Positions 48,027-55,903 of a DNA stretch of 55,903 nucleotides are shown piece by piece. The DNA is from Candidatus Micrarchaeota archaeon (GTDB taxonomy: Archaea; Iainarchaeota; Iainarchaeia; JAADDC01): positions 1 to 55,903 of the forward strand of contig JALTXX010000007.1 of assembly GCA_027046625.1 (NCBI GenBank), written 5' to 3'. A program made the translations under genes and the position numbers. Within the stretch, counting starts at the first letter, position 1. The number at the start of each line of letters is the position of its first letter. The notes beneath the pieces are model-generated. The model did no database searches. It was given only the letters and a program-made list of their open reading frames with translations, and had not been told where the DNA came from.

Positions 48027-48812
48027 CTATCCCCTCACCTTCTTTCTTAGCTCCTTACCCTTTTTAATAGACTCCTCTACTAGCGTCTCTATCTCTCTTG
48101 CTGTAAAGGCTCCACTTCCTCCTTTCTGCATGGCTGTTATACTCTCATCATCTACGGTGGCAATGCTTATCCTTGCGTCTGCCGCCTTCTCCTCCGCAAG
48201 GTTCGGATCTACTGCGATGGCCTTCCCCACCTTTACAAAGGTGGTATACAGGGGAACCTCCCTTAATTCTAACACTTTTTCATACTCGTGGGGTTGTATA
48301 GTATCATCCTCCACTCTTGGAACCCTTGTGTTGAGCAATGCAGCCGCTGCTGCAAGGGAAGAGGCATCTATCATATTTCCATTGTAATCTAACACTCTAA
48401 TGTCCACAAACAATCGATATACGAGTTCCCCCTCCCTTATGCATAACCCCTTAAAGTCAACAGCCCTGCTTTCCCTTATACTTCTATCCACAATCCTAGC
48501 AAGCTCAATGGCCTCCTCATCCGGAGGACCGGGCTCCACAGAGGGAGACGAGAGGGGCAGTATCTCAGCATCTACCATGAGTGTCCCCTCGTCCGGCTTA
48601 TCGGGAAATGGTTCACCAAGCTCAAACTTTACACCTGCAATTACCTTTGTTCCTCCCAGATTTACAAATGCGGACCCGTCTGCATTGTATATGACTCCCT
48701 TTTCTATGTAGACATTCCTATAATCCATCATACCCCTCTTATCTAATCTTATTCCCTTCATAATGAGCCTTCTAACCTTATCCGTGGTAAATTCCCATAC
48801 AAACTCATTCAT
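48027..48812 (-). CDS. rrp42: Exosome subunit Rrp42
   Basis: ADGSA.V.LG.T, PFPD.P..G, ELARIVDR.IRES, QKGG. Confidence 0.96.
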   Translation of the reverse strand: MNEFVWEFTTDKVRRLIMKGIRLDKRGMMDYRNVYIEKGVIYNADGSAFVNLGGTKVIAGVKFELGEPFPDKPDEGTLMVDAEILPLSSPSVEPGPPDEEAIELARIVDRSIRESRAVDFKGLCIREGELVYRLFVDIRVLDYNGNMIDASSLAAAAALLNTRVPRVEDDTIQPHEYEKVLELREVPLYTTFVKVGKAIAVDPNLAEEKAADARISIATVDDESITAMQKGGSGAFTAREIETLVEESIKKGKELRKKVRG

Positions 48813-49695
48813 GGCTATCCACCCTCTCGTATTTTCTTATGAGAGCCTCCCTTTGAATCTTATTCAACTCCTTCCCCTTCTTTATCGCAAGCTCTAACAT
48901 TTCCTCCACATCCCCCTTCTTTAGCCTTCCATCCATCTGAAGGAGGGTTATCTCCTCCCTTCTAGGAACTATAACTAGGGGCATATCCACTGCAAAGGGC
49001 ATATCCTCCTCAAATTTGTTTAGATCCACCACTATGGTGGCATCTTCTTCTGTATTTCCTATCTTTCCTACCGCCAATGCCACTGGGATATCTTTCATTG
49101 GTATACCTGCATCTGCAAGGGCGACCCCAGCAGCTGTAAGAGCTGCCACTCTTGTGCCTGCATCTGCAGATATTACCTCTGCAAACACATCGATGGTGGT
49201 CATGGGAAACTCCTCGAGGAAAAGAATGCTCTCCAAGGCCATCCTAGAAACCATGGAGATTTCTATTTCTCTTCTACCGGGCTTTGGGCTCTTCCTTTCT
49301 GGGACAGAGAAGGGACTCATGGTATATCTGTACCTTAGGATTGCCTTGTATGGAGATGCTTCGTGCCTTGGTATGGGTTCTCTGGGCCCATATACGGCCA
49401 CGTATACCTTATTACCCTTTAAATACTCATCAATTACTTCGTATCCCTCTATCTCCTTCCATAGGGGTTTTGGAACCTCTACATATTTATAGTTACCCTC
49501 CTCTCTTATGGTTTTTACGGCCAGATATTCCTCCTCTAGGGAGGAAATATCCTTATCATCCTTTTCTGTCTTTACCAACCTTATGGTGGTACCCCATTCA
49601 AGGTAGGCGGATCCATCCGCCCTATCCAGCACACCAGCCTCTATACGTATGGTATCCCTTAAATCTTCCGGATTTCTTCCATCAGGCCTTTTCAT
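48805..49695 (-). CDS. rrp41: Exosome subunit Rrp41 with 58-aa insertion
   Basis: R.DGR, ADGSAY.EWG, VYGPRE, RR..EIS, AGTR.A, LLQMDG. Confidence 0.95.
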   Translation of the reverse strand: MKRPDGRNPEDLRDTIRIEAGVLDRADGSAYLEWGTTIRLVKTEKDDKDISSLEEEYLAVKTIREEGNYKYVEVPKPLWKEIEGYEVIDEYLKGNKVYVAVYGPREPIPRHEASPYKAILRYRYTMSPFSVPERKSPKPGRREIEISMVSRMALESILFLEEFPMTTIDVFAEVISADAGTRVAALTAAGVALADAGIPMKDIPVALAVGKIGNTEEDATIVVDLNKFEEDMPFAVDMPLVIVPRREEITLLQMDGRLKKGDVEEMLELAIKKGKELNKIQREALIRKYERVDSHE

Positions 49696-50305
49696 GTCCC
49701 AACTCCTCCTCTATAAACTTTGTTACCTTATCCGTCAATCCTGTGGTATGGGCTTCCTGTTCAATCATAAATATGGCCTCTTTGGCAACGTCTATATTCT
49801 TTCCATAGAGCCATATCCTGCCATTTGCTCCCACCATGATGGTAACACCTGTGAGGTTTTGAAGAAGATTTAGCATGCTCCTCTTCTTTCCTATCACTCT
49901 TGGAATCTTCTTTGGATTTATAGTTATAAGATCCCCTCCCCTTAGGATGGTGGCCTTCTCAAGGAGGGCGTTTCTTACCGCGTCTACTCTTTTTATCGTT
50001 GCAACAACTACATCTCCATAGGTTCCTTCCTCCTTCAGTTCCTCGTTGGGCAAAAACCCATAGTATGCTGAGTTCAGATCCACATCGTACCCGGGGATTT
50101 TAACGTCTACTATGATACCAATAACGGGATCCCCCTCCTTTGGTATATATCTTCCCTCAAGCGGTATTACCTTTGCAACGCCGTTCTCTACCTCTGCCAG
50201 TCCTACTACCTTTGCGATTACCTTGCCACCTTCCACATATACATTTGGCCCTAATTTTACCTTTTCCTCCGTTATTACATCTCCAGGAACTACCAACTTT
50301 CTCAT
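49682..50305 (-). CDS. rrp4: Exosome RNA-binding subunit Rrp4
   Basis: VVPGD, Y.P..GD.VIG, RVIGK, NG.IW, AHT.GLT. Confidence 0.95.
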   Translation of the reverse strand: MRKLVVPGDVITEEKVKLGPNVYVEGGKVIAKVVGLAEVENGVAKVIPLEGRYIPKEGDPVIGIIVDVKIPGYDVDLNSAYYGFLPNEELKEEGTYGDVVVATIKRVDAVRNALLEKATILRGGDLITINPKKIPRVIGKKRSMLNLLQNLTGVTIMVGANGRIWLYGKNIDVAKEAIFMIEQEAHTTGLTDKVTKFIEEELGHEKA

Positions 50306-50997
50306 TTTTCCACCATCCTGACGTCACCTTCTCCCTTTGTAATGTCTGCAACCTTCTTTATGAGGTCATCCATCACGCCAGCAGGTATCTCCATCACCAT
50401 CCTCAAAGAACCGTCACTTCCATACTCTTCCCTGATAACGTTAAAACCCTTGAGCTTCCCATATGCTTTTCCTACCCACTGGGGAGGTATGACAACCTCC
50501 ACCTTTCTTGTTTCTATCTTTATGGGAAGAACCTTCCTTATGGCCTTTATTACGTTATCAAGCTGCTCCTCTGCAGATTTTAATGGATCTATGGAAACTT
50601 TAGCCTCTTCCATGGCTCTTAGAATTCTCTCTGTGGGATGTGGAGTGTTTGTCTGAGGGTTTATGGCCCTTTGGGATATTATGGTGGCAATTTTTAGCCT
50701 CTTCTCTTCCACCATCCTCCTCCTCTGTTCCGTTGTGAGGTGGAGCTCCCCCCTTCTTAAAACCTCAACAGCAGCCTTTTCCATGTCATCTAGGCCAAGA
50801 ATCTCCTTTATATCTTTGAGGGAAGCCCTTTCCCCTTTCCTAGCATCTCTAAACACTTCTACTGTTACTAAAACTTCATCTATGCCTACGTTCTTCCCCT
50901 TCCTAAACTCCATTGCAAGATCGGGGTCCGCAAGTACCTCCAGCCGCTTTCCTCCTCTTTCGTATCTAATGATTACTGCCTTATCAAGGGTTGCCAA
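50302..50997 (-). CDS. sdo1: Ribosome maturation factor SBDS/Sdo1
   Basis: F.DA.KG..AS, GE..LT..QR, INP.T..PHP. Confidence 0.95.
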   Translation of the reverse strand: MATLDKAVIIRYERGGKRLEVLADPDLAMEFRKGKNVGIDEVLVTVEVFRDARKGERASLKDIKEILGLDDMEKAAVEVLRRGELHLTTEQRRRMVEEKRLKIATIISQRAINPQTNTPHPTERILRAMEEAKVSIDPLKSAEEQLDNVIKAIRKVLPIKIETRKVEVVIPPQWVGKAYGKLKGFNVIREEYGSDGSLRMVMEIPAGVMDDLIKKVADITKGEGDVRMVEK

Positions 50998-51001
50998 GCT
51001 A

Positions 51002-51715
51002 TCACCTCAGAAGCTTCTCTATCTCCTTTTCCTCCACAAACGTCATTTCCCTCCTTGTATCTATGTATGCCATTGCTATTCTGTCAACTGTTAGCTCTTC
51101 ATCCTCTGGTAGTGCTGCCTTGAAAGCCTCTATCGCTAGCTTCATAGCATCTTTTAGCTTCATATCTTCTTTGTACTTCTCCTCAAACACTTCTATGGCC
51201 TCTTTTTTCCCGTACCCTATAGCCTCTGCCTTAAATTCCATAAGAGCACCGCTTGGAACAGTTTCAAACAGTCTTGGCCTCTCATCAACCCCTCCGATGA
51301 GCATTACCACACCAAATGGCCTTGTACCTCCGTATTGGGTGTATACCTGCTTAAGTTTGGCTATCTCCCTTGCAAGAAGATGCACAGGTATGTTTTCACC
51401 GTACATGAATCTATACCTCTCTGCCACATCCCTTGCATACTCTCCTATGGCTCTGGAATCTCCTACTATCCCAGAGGAAACGATACCAATGTGTTTATCT
51501 ATCTGCATGAGTTTTTCTCCACTTCCACTCACTGCAAGTTTAGATGGCAGCCTCCGATCGGCTGCCAATAATACACCCTCCTTGTATACTATTCCCATTC
51601 CTAGTGTTCCCATATCTGCAGCTTTGGTTGCGTATTCTACTTGATACAGCTTCCCCTCGGGGGAGAAAAGTGTTATAGCCCTATCATATGCGGCAGCTCC
51701 TGACAGTGGGTACAT
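51002..51715 (-). CDS. psmA: Proteasome alpha subunit
   Basis: YDRAITLFSPEG.LYQVEYA, YTQYGG.RPFGV. Confidence 0.97.
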   Translation of the reverse strand: MYPLSGAAAYDRAITLFSPEGKLYQVEYATKAADMGTLGMGIVYKEGVLLAADRRLPSKLAVSGSGEKLMQIDKHIGIVSSGIVGDSRAIGEYARDVAERYRFMYGENIPVHLLAREIAKLKQVYTQYGGTRPFGVVMLIGGVDERPRLFETVPSGALMEFKAEAIGYGKKEAIEVFEEKYKEDMKLKDAMKLAIEAFKAALPEDEELTVDRIAMAYIDTRREMTFVEEKEIEKLLR

Positions 51716-51770
51716 GCTATGTATTCCCTCTCGAAGGTCTTAAAATGCAAACACCCTTTGGATCTTTGGG

Positions 51771-53216
51771 CTACCTTCTAAACCGTATCCTTGAACCCTC
51801 CCTACTATCCATGAGCTCTATCCCGAACTCCTTCAACCTTTCCCTTATCTCATCAGAGACTTCGTAGAGCTTTCTTTTACGAATTTCATCCCTTATGTCC
51901 CTTAACATCTTTATTATCTCATCCTGGTATCTCTCTAGTACCTTTCTCCTGTATGTTTTGGCGTCCAACCCCAACCCTAACACTCCTCCCATCCTGAGAA
52001 GGGTATCATATGTCTTTTTCGCCTCCTCCTCACTTACCCTTTCGAAGAGGTTCTCATTGTACCACTTATTTCTCAGCTCAAACATGGACTTTATAGCCGT
52101 TACAGTGTCGAGATCGTTGTCCATAGCTTCTTCAAACTTCCTTACAAACTCCTCTCTGTACATATCCTTCTCAGATCCTCCACCGGCCTCCTCTAGGTCC
52201 TGCATGAAAATGTACAGGGAGTCCAATGCATTTCTAGCACTCTCCATGGCCTCCTCCGTGTAGTCTATCTGTCTTCTATAGTGGGAGTTTACAGCCCAGA
52301 ACCTTACCACATCTCCTCCGTACCTTTCTGTTGCCTCATGAAGATACACAAAATTACCTGTACTTTTGCTCATTTTCTCTCCATTTATCCTTACAAACCC
52401 TGTATGTAGCCAATATCTTGCCAGTCCCTTTCCGAAGGCGGCAAAGGCCTGAGCCCTCTCGTCTGTGTGGTGGGGGAACTTGAGGTCCTCTCCACCTCCG
52501 TGTATGTCAAACTCCTCCCCAAGGTATTTGGCGGACATTACCGTACACTCAATGTGCCACCCAGGAAATCCATAACCCCAGGGTGATGGCCATTGGAGAA
52601 TGTGGGATGGCGGTGCCCTCTTCCACAGGGCAAAATCCCACTTGTTTCTCTTCTCAGGAACAGGCTCTATCCTATAATTCTTTTCCAGTTCCTCCAAATC
52701 CATTCCTATAAACTCAGGATATGTGTAGTCCTTCGCATACTTCTCCACATCAAAGTACACACTGCCATTTACCTCATACGCATACCCATTCTCCATAATT
52801 TTCTTGGTTATCTCTATAATCTCCGGAATGTGGCATGATGCCCTTGGTGTGAGATCGGGTTTTATAACATTGAGCAGCTCCATTTGCTCAAAAAAGGCAT
52901 CCGTCATCCTCTCTACCAAAACCATAGGCTCCATCTTCTTCTCTAGGGCCCTCTTGAGTATTTTGTCCTCCCCGTAGTCCGTATCCCCTGTGAGGTGACC
53001 CACATCTGTAATGTTCATCACGTGGTAGACATCGTATCCCTTGTATGCAAGCCATCGCTTGAGGGTGTCAAAGGCACTATACGTCCTCCCGTGCCCAATG
53101 TGTGGATAATCGTACACCGTTGGCCCACATACGTACATTCTAACCTCATTCTTCCTTAAGGGAGAAAACGTCTCTAACCTTCTGGTGAGGCTGTTATAGA
53201 GTACAAAGCCCCTCAC
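51771..53216 (-). CDS. cysS: Cysteinyl-tRNA synthetase
   Basis: [44 protein letters not shown]. Confidence 0.97.
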   Translation of the reverse strand: MRGFVLYNSLTRRLETFSPLRKNEVRMYVCGPTVYDYPHIGHGRTYSAFDTLKRWLAYKGYDVYHVMNITDVGHLTGDTDYGEDKILKRALEKKMEPMVLVERMTDAFFEQMELLNVIKPDLTPRASCHIPEIIEITKKIMENGYAYEVNGSVYFDVEKYAKDYTYPEFIGMDLEELEKNYRIEPVPEKRNKWDFALWKRAPPSHILQWPSPWGYGFPGWHIECTVMSAKYLGEEFDIHGGGEDLKFPHHTDERAQAFAAFGKGLARYWLHTGFVRINGEKMSKSTGNFVYLHEATERYGGDVVRFWAVNSHYRRQIDYTEEAMESARNALDSLYIFMQDLEEAGGGSEKDMYREEFVRKFEEAMDNDLDTVTAIKSMFELRNKWYNENLFERVSEEEAKKTYDTLLRMGGVLGLGLDAKTYRRKVLERYQDEIIKMLRDIRDEIRKRKLYEVSDEIRERLKEFGIELMDSREGSRIRFRR

Positions 53217-53245
53217 CCATGTGTTGAATATGTTACTCTACCTTT

Positions 53246-53806
53246 TTAAATGATAGGGGCGTACTCTTTCATCTCCCTCCCCTCCCTCCAAATCTTCTCA
53301 ATGGTATCTATCTCCACCTTACACTCAGCTACAAACTCTAGATTCCTCATACCTCCCTCTGTGAGGTTAGCACTTGATAATAACACATCTCCATCCACAA
53401 GATAGATCTTTGCATGGAGAGCCTCCCTTATCCTTATATAAGATGGAAGTTTCACCCTCCAAAATCTTATAAGCCCTACTAGTCCTATAAGTCCCACCCA
53501 CCAAGCTTCTACCCCGGAGATGAACAATACGAGGGAAAGAGGAACGGACACTAGTGATACAATACCATAGAAGGAGATACTCCTCTCCATAACACCCCCT
53601 AGGAATGTTCTATTCCTTTCGTCCCACCCCGTAACAACCCTTACATCCACTCCCTTCCTCCTTAGTTCATCCAGAATGCGGAGGAACCGTTTCCCTATCC
53701 AGGGAGATACAACTAGTACTTCTTTCTTTGCACCTCTAAGCCTTTCCTCTATAAGTTTTGCTACACCTTCCCCTATGTATACCTTCACACACCCAGAAGG
53801 GCTCAT
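53246..53806 (-). CDS. Single-HKD phospholipase D/nuclease-fold protein with internal TM hairpin
   Basis: SPWI, GV.VRVVT, HAKIYLVD...SSANLT..G..N.E; two hydrophobic segments mid-protein. Confidence 0.82.
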   Translation of the reverse strand: MSPSGCVKVYIGEGVAKLIEERLRGAKKEVLVVSPWIGKRFLRILDELRRKGVDVRVVTGWDERNRTFLGGVMERSISFYGIVSLVSVPLSLVLFISGVEAWWVGLIGLVGLIRFWRVKLPSYIRIREALHAKIYLVDGDVLLSSANLTEGGMRNLEFVAECKVEIDTIEKIWREGREMKEYAPII

Positions 53807-53840
53807 CTATCTTAAATGTTTACCTACCCCTTACATACAG

Positions 53841-53924
53841 GCGGGGGTGCCCGAGCGGCCAAAGGGGCGCGGTTGAGGGCCGCGTGGGTTAGTCCCTTCG
53901 TGGGTTCGAATCCCACCCCCCGCA
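53841..53924 (+). tRNA. tRNA-Leu(GAG), long variable arm, CCA not encoded
   Basis: GCGGGGG/CCCCCGC acceptor stem, CGCGG-TTGAGGG-CCGCG anticodon arm, GGTTCGAATCC. Confidence 0.97.
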
Positions 53925-54797
53925 CTATGTGACATCGCATATTTCCAATCCTCTCCCTGAGAGACATATTCTAACGTAGGAGGGTTCCTTTTCTACATTA
54001 AAGGGAATGGCCTGCAAGCTGCATCTGGCTGATTCCCCGGGAGGAATAACATATCTGTTACACTTTATGGGGTCAATGGAAAAGGTTGATGTCACTCCGG
54101 CCACGTTTGCCTCGAAGGAGAACCGTGTATTTAGAGGGATGATTGCCATTAGCCCCTCCTCTGGATGATAAATTCTCATATTAAGAGATTTCAGGTCAAT
54201 ACTACTCTGCGATCTATTTCTAATGTAGAAGCCTATGCCAATCTTTTCACAGATAACCTCTCTGCTTTGTTGTCCATTGATATCATGCAGTCCAGGAGTT
54301 CCTAGGTAATTACCCTCTACCATGGATACCGATTCTGATCCTCCATCGTCCGAAGGCTCATAAGCAGCCCAAAGATTCTTTTCAAGAGGATCATTGGTAA
54401 TGTAATACCACCCTTCCTCAGGAAGGGAGGCGCTGACATCCTGATATAACCCTGTATATACAGCTATCCACCCCTTCTCGTCGATTATTTCAATGAGTTT
54501 GTTTAGCTCTCCCCAGTTTCTTGGCATGGGCAAAAACATTCCCCTTTCTTTGCAGTAATTGAAGACATCTGCCCAATTTAGTGAAACAGTGGTGGGTAGA
54601 TAATAGTGAAGATAGTAGGTGTAGGCTCCATCCGGAGGCGTTTCTCTATAGGCATCAAGGATGATTATTTGGAAGGTAGTTTCTTCAAGGGAAGTTTTGG
54701 AGGTTAGTTCCACCACAGAAGAATAGAGAACAATGCTTGCAGCCACAGCTATGGCAGCCAGAAGTAGAGTAGCCACGATAGGAGATGCACTCCTCAC
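53925..54797 (-). CDS. Type IV pilin-like protein with inserted C-type lectin domain (paralog 1)
   Basis: Class III signal-like RSA-SPIVATLLL..IAVAA; W....NYC...G..L, YTGL, W..YEPS, VICEK; pilin-type IRN and PGES after the lectin domain. Confidence 0.82.
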   Translation of the reverse strand: MRSASPIVATLLLAAIAVAASIVLYSSVVELTSKTSLEETTFQIIILDAYRETPPDGAYTYYLHYYLPTTVSLNWADVFNYCKERGMFLPMPRNWGELNKLIEIIDEKGWIAVYTGLYQDVSASLPEEGWYYITNDPLEKNLWAAYEPSDDGGSESVSMVEGNYLGTPGLHDINGQQSREVICEKIGIGFYIRNRSQSSIDLKSLNMRIYHPEEGLMAIIPLNTRFSFEANVAGVTSTFSIDPIKCNRYVIPPGESARCSLQAIPFNVEKEPSYVRICLSGRGLEICDVT

Positions 54798-54803
54798 ACA
54801 ACG

Positions 54804-54850
54804 AAAAAACGATGAATAAATACCTTTCGGTTGGGAATTGTTATGTATAA
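54804..54850. repeat. 47-nt exact direct repeat, copy 1 (BRE/TATA promoter of pilin paralog 1 on the minus strand)
   Basis: aaaaaacgatgaataaatacctttcggttgggaattgttatgtataa, identical to 55732-55778; the minus strand reads CGAAAGG-TATTTATT. Confidence 0.95.
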
Positions 54851-54858
54851 ATGCGATA

Positions 54859-55722
54859 TCATACTCTTACGCCATCACACACGTTTATCCCCTCTCCTAC
54901 TAGACAGATTTTTAGCTCCCTGGGAGTGTTAGAAGTTTCTTTCAAGGGAACAGCCCAAAATCTACATGTCAGGCTTTCACCTGGCTTTACGGCAGCTTTA
55001 TCACACAGCAGTTTGTTAATAAAAAGCGTTTCAACGCTCCCTCCTATGTTTACATCTATATATTGTCCGTTATTCTTAAAGGAGGCCAGAAGTGTGTCTG
55101 TTCTATCGTAAACGTTTATGGTTAGATCCTCTAAGTATATCGTACCATTTGAGGACATGTTTCTAAGGGTGAACCCTACCCCAATTCTTTCACACACAAA
55201 TGGAAGTGTTACAGCTCCGTTTCTGTCGTTCCACCCTGTTGGTTGTGCCTCTACCACATGTTCTTCATTACTAGTGTTTGTTGGTTCACCAGGGTTCCAG
55301 AATCCAACCTCTACTTTATCTCCAGTAACGTACCGCCACCCTCCGTCGGGTTCCGGAGCTCCAGGCTGTTGGTACACCCCAATCCACGCAGCTGGCCATC
55401 CATGCTGACGAACTATATTTTTTATCTTTTCGTTCTCGTTTATGCTCTTTGGAGCTGCAAGAAACATCCCCCTCTCCTTACAATAGTTAAACGCTCCTAT
55501 CCAGTTCATTCCCGTAGAAACGGAGACGTAGTAGTGAAAAGCAGAGGTTACGGCCCCCCTTGGTGGCGGCTCTTTAAATACATCCAGAGAAATAATGTAT
55601 ACTCTATTTTCCCGGGGAGAACTTTCTAACATCTGAGAAACACCCATATAGAGCAACGCCCCAATAGCAACCACTATGGCAATCAACAGCACCGTTGCCA
55701 CAATGGGTGAGATACCTCTCAT
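54859..55722 (-). CDS. Type IV pilin-like protein with inserted C-type lectin domain (paralog 2)
   Basis: Class III signal RG/ISPIVATVLLIAIVVA; W..A..YC, WIGV, FW.PGEPT, WND, FVCER. Confidence 0.88.
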   Translation of the reverse strand: MRGISPIVATVLLIAIVVAIGALLYMGVSQMLESSPRENRVYIISLDVFKEPPPRGAVTSAFHYYVSVSTGMNWIGAFNYCKERGMFLAAPKSINENEKIKNIVRQHGWPAAWIGVYQQPGAPEPDGGWRYVTGDKVEVGFWNPGEPTNTSNEEHVVEAQPTGWNDRNGAVTLPFVCERIGVGFTLRNMSSNGTIYLEDLTINVYDRTDTLLASFKNNGQYIDVNIGGSVETLFINKLLCDKAAVKPGESLTCRFWAVPLKETSNTPRELKICLVGEGINVCDGVRV

Positions 55723-55731
55723 CCTAACGAA

Positions 55732-55778
55732 AAAAAACGATGAATAAATACCTTTCGGTTGGGAATTGTTATGTATAA
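55732..55778. repeat. 47-nt exact direct repeat, copy 2 (promoter of pilin paralog 2)
   Basis: Identical to 54804-54850; the adjoining A-run is 8 nt here versus 6 nt in copy 1. Confidence 0.95.
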
Positions 55779-55813
55779 TAACCCCTTATATATATCTCCT
55801 CCCATTTAATAGC

Positions 55814-55903
55814 ATGGAACCCCTTTCCACCATTAAGCGAATAATAGAGGAGGAAGCCTCCCGCCTCAACATAAAAATAGAGAGGATTATCCTCTTTGGA
55901 AGC
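55814..55903 (+). CDS. Partial minimal nucleotidyltransferase (MNT) domain protein
   Basis: Translates MEPLSTIKRIIEEEASRLNIKIERIILFGS; ILFGS is the pol-beta NTase N-terminal motif; truncated by the window end. Confidence 0.7.
   Translation, partial: MEPLSTIKRIIEEEASRLNIKIERIILFGS

Noticed and set aside
49417-49590. Rrp41 insertion as an intein or canonical BHB intron
   Set aside because: No intein terminal motifs and too short; the central 4-bp helix of a BHB cannot form; the frame is open with normal composition
53925-55722. Diversity-generating retroelement acting on the lectin domains
   Set aside because: No reverse transcriptase and no TR/VR pair with adenine-specific mismatches in the window; cannot be excluded elsewhere in the genome
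54804-55778. 47-nt repeats as a CRISPR array
   Set aside because: Only two copies, separated by a whole gene, and no cas genes

Overview
Gene-dense chromosomal window of a probably thermophilic archaeon. The divergent core proteins, split RpoA/RpoB and 'MKTMNVKKLAA' S-layer leader suggest a DPANN lineage such as Iainarchaeota or Micrarchaeota (inference). It carries the RNA polymerase-str superoperon (rpoH-B''-B'-A'-A''-L30e-nusA-S12-S7-EF2-EF1a-S10) followed by pyk. Next come a sepF-X-ArlD/E-minD operon divergent from cdc6, a hel308-HerA-like ATPase-degenerate RpiA run, a tungsten AOR with nearby SufS/TusA, two prenyl synthases and nurA-herA. Further on are an S-layer gene, ADP-forming acetyl-CoA synthetase alpha, enolase, initiation factors, the exosome-proteasome superoperon, cysS and two tRNAs. 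Three real genes are missing from the ORF track: eL41, RpoP and a partial MNT. The most unusual items are (1) two tandem type IV pilins with inserted C-type lectin domains abutting tRNA-Leu, whose promoters share 47 identical nt and differ in a poly-T tract between TATA box and start codon; (2) a GC-rich hairpin with archaeal H/ACA guide RNA geometry; (3) an orphan archaellum ArlD/E domain in a division operon whose membrane protein shares a repeated domain with a nearby HerA-like ATPase; (4) a 58-aa insertion in Rrp41; and (5) substitutions in normally conserved motifs of RNAP, uS12 and AOR. No CRISPR array, rRNA, integrase or transposase was seen. All calls are by motif recognition; no searches were run.
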